From a virus (lineage: Duplodnaviria; Caudoviricetes), in IMG/VR virus record IMGVR_UViG_3300046832_000948, positions 1-49,830 of that record: DNA of 49,830 bases, one strand, 5' to 3'. The position numbers and the translations under genes are program-made. Positions within the stretch are counted from its first letter, which is position 1, and the number at the start of each line of letters is the position of its first letter. This document shows, one piece after another, positions 48,271 to 49,830 of the stretch. The notes beneath the pieces were generated by a model. The model made no database searches. It was not told where the DNA came from and saw only the letters and a list, made by a program, of their open reading frames with translations.

Positions 48271-48626
48271 GCCTCGACCTCGATCTCAGTAAACTTGAAA
48301 TGCCAGCTAACCGCTGGCGAACAAACCTCTGGCAAATCATTGATACACCCGGAGGAATCAAAGACGTGCTGCACGAAGAACGCACAATCGTTGGACACAA
48401 AGATAACCAAGGCGGGTTCTGGTTGCTGGCATTTGAAGACATTGAACACGCTGGACGCGTGTGCAAAGAGTACGAAGAACAAGTACAAAACGAAGCGCAC
48501 ATCGTGTCCTTCAATGTCTACTCAATACCAGAAGAGTGGAACCTACGGCTTTACCGAATGGATGGCACGTGGATAGATATACAACAATGGGACTACTTGC
48601 AACGGTTGCATGAACAAGAGAAGTAG
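48267..48626 (+). CDS. Hypothetical protein (119 aa)
   Basis: AAGGAG SD; ATGA coupling. Confidence 0.7.
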   Translation: MSLDLDLSKLEMPANRWRTNLWQIIDTPGGIKDVLHEERTIVGHKDNQGGFWLLAFEDIEHAGRVCKEYEEQVQNEAHIVSFNVYSIPEEWNLRLYRMDGTWIDIQQWDYLQRLHEQEK

Positions 48627-48636
48627 TGGCGTCAAT

Positions 48637-48703
48637 GGGGAGGGGTCAAATTTTATACCCCTCCAATTTTTATAGGGGGGAGGGGTCGGATTCTACCCCC
48701 CTC
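48637..48703. repeat. Two direct copies (40-bp period) of a palindromic GGGGAGGGGTC-N6/8-TACCCC element
   Basis: GGGGAGGGGTCAAATTTTATACCCCTCC and GGGGAGGGGTCGGATTCTACCCCCCTC. Confidence 0.8.
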
Positions 48704-48709
48704 ATTATA

Positions 48710-48739
48710 TTGAATAACAATCAATGTAATACATATAAT
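48710..48739 (+). promoter_or_regulatory. Sigma70-type promoter overlapped by palindrome ATGTA-A-TACAT
   Basis: TTGAAT-18 nt-TATAAT upstream of AAGGAG SD. Confidence 0.65.
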
Positions 48740-48762
48740 GTATCCGACACAAGGAGTTAGTC

Positions 48763-49140
48763 ATGGGTAAATTGAAGTTGACGGTTGACAGCATCGAAGC
48801 ATTGAGTGACGCACAGAAGGCTGTGCTCGTGAGAACTGGCATCATTCGCATCGAGCCTACGCAAGCAGAGGAACAACTTTGGCAGATTGCACTGGTCATG
48901 CTCGACCGCTCTTACATCGCAGACCTGCTTGGCTTGCAGTTGTCTACGTTCAACACATACATCAGTGATGAGTATCGTTGCACTAAGATGAAAGAGAACT
49001 TGTTCATCAAGCTTGGCACTGTCATCTCACAGCGTGACATCACTGTTGTGCATAACATCTACAGCAAGCTTGCTAAGCATGTTGAACAAGTACACAACAA
49101 CAAGGTTGTTAGTGAGTTTTACAAGGAACAAGAAGGATAA
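48763..49140 (+). CDS. Putative helix-turn-helix regulator (125 aa)
   Basis: LDRSYIADLLGLQLSTFNTYIS fits the HTH pattern. Confidence 0.6.
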   Translation: MGKLKLTVDSIEALSDAQKAVLVRTGIIRIEPTQAEEQLWQIALVMLDRSYIADLLGLQLSTFNTYISDEYRCTKMKENLFIKLGTVISQRDITVVHNIYSKLAKHVEQVHNNKVVSEFYKEQEG

Positions 49141-49144
49141 CTAA

Positions 49145-49456
49145 ATGCTACACATTGGAGACAAAGTGTGCAACGTGCGCCGTCCCGACAAAATCGGGAC
49201 GGTTGTTTCGTTAGAAGCACCGAACAACAAATGGATGACACGACCAGAAGATATGCGCGTCATGGTCAAGTATCAACAACTAAGCAAGAAATCAAATGGT
49301 GCTTGGAAACCCGGAACCATTGATGAATTGCCTGTAGACCTTCTCCCTTACGGAGAAACTGTACCAGAAGCGTTTGTTCAATATAAACGTAGTGGTGACG
49401 AAGGTGGTGTTGGTGAACGAATGAAAGCATACGACAGACGAAAGAGAATTAGATGA
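49145..49456 (+). CDS. Hypothetical protein (103 aa), SH3/KOW-like N-terminus
   Basis: IGDKV.......IGTVVS...VMVKY. Confidence 0.65.
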   Translation: MLHIGDKVCNVRRPDKIGTVVSLEAPNNKWMTRPEDMRVMVKYQQLSKKSNGAWKPGTIDELPVDLLPYGETVPEAFVQYKRSGDEGGVGERMKAYDRRKRIR

Positions 49457-49572
49457 CCGTCATTTTTATATGTGCAGGTATAGCCATTCTTTCCATCCTA
49501 TTTTTAATAGGATGGTTTTTTGGTGAAATAAATCAATATCAACAACGCATCGACAAGGATGAAAACAAATGA
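49453..49572 (+). CDS. Small single-TM protein (39 aa, MTVIFICAGIAILSILFLIGWFFGEINQYQQRIDKDENK)
   Basis: Hand translation; ATGA coupling at both ends. Confidence 0.6.
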   Translation: MTVIFICAGIAILSILFLIGWFFGEINQYQQRIDKDENK

Positions 49573-49830
49573 ATAAAACAATGATTGCCCCCAGTGAATT
49601 GGCCCGTAACGTAATCAAAGCGTATGAGAAGTCTGACGCATTAATTACAAACGTTGAGTTTCACAACAGTGAGAATGGCAGATCTAAACATCGCGCTACC
49701 ATTAACGGCACACTCGATGTCCGGTTATACATGCACTATGAACGTATGGCTCCAGCTATGTACAGCATTTACATCCAAGTCTATGACAACAAGTGGAAAC
49801 TAAGTACAGGTGGTTACCTTGATGAAGTCA
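49569..49830 (+). CDS. Hypothetical protein, truncated by window edge (MNKTMIAPSELARNVIK...)
   Basis: AAGGA SD, ATGA overlap, frame open to the end. Confidence 0.65.
   Translation, partial: MNKTMIAPSELARNVIKAYEKSDALITNVEFHNSENGRSKHRATINGTLDVRLYMHYERMAPAMYSIYIQVYDNKWKLSTGGYLDEV

Noticed and set aside
45415-48899. Minus-strand ORFs across the plus-strand gene block (e.g. 45415-45867, 45909-46358, 48084-48500)
   Set aside because: Shadows of SD-led, coupled plus-strand genes, with terminators oriented for the plus strand.
1-49830. Stop-codon recoding
   Set aside because: Standard code gives near-complete coding density; TAA, TAG and TGA all end genes; no suppressor tRNA.

Overview
This window is about 50 kb of a tailed dsDNA bacteriophage genome with podovirus-type morphogenesis genes. 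No rRNA, CRISPR array, integrase or transposase was seen. Positions 1-41.4 kb form one tightly packed minus-strand late operon. In transcription order it holds small basic proteins, a 1748-aa orphan, TerS, TerL, portal, scaffold, a BPP-1/epsilon15-like major capsid plus cement protein, two adaptor paralogs and two holin-like genes. These are followed by a tandemly duplicated three-gene fibre-like cassette, a repeat protein, the tail nozzle, ejection proteins and a giant >3829-aa ORF. That ORF carries an HExxH metallopeptidase motif, runs off the left edge and is missing from the ORF track. Positions 41.4-45.0 kb (minus strand) hold nucleotide/DNA metabolism genes (ssb, thyX, HNH, thermonuclease, dut), two tRNAs and candidate small RNAs. 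A structured G-rich non-coding strand switch lies at 45.07-45.40 kb, followed by plus-strand, probably early, orphan genes. The most notable observations are: (1) a promoter-to-terminator ~107-nt sRNA candidate complementary to the shared RBS of the plus-strand genes; (2) inverted repeats centred ~19 bp upstream of three -10 boxes; (3) the duplicated fibre cassette with a shared terminal peptide; (4) short motifs shared among putative internal virion proteins; and (5) strong CCWGG avoidance. All family calls come from motif recognition by eye, not from database searches.
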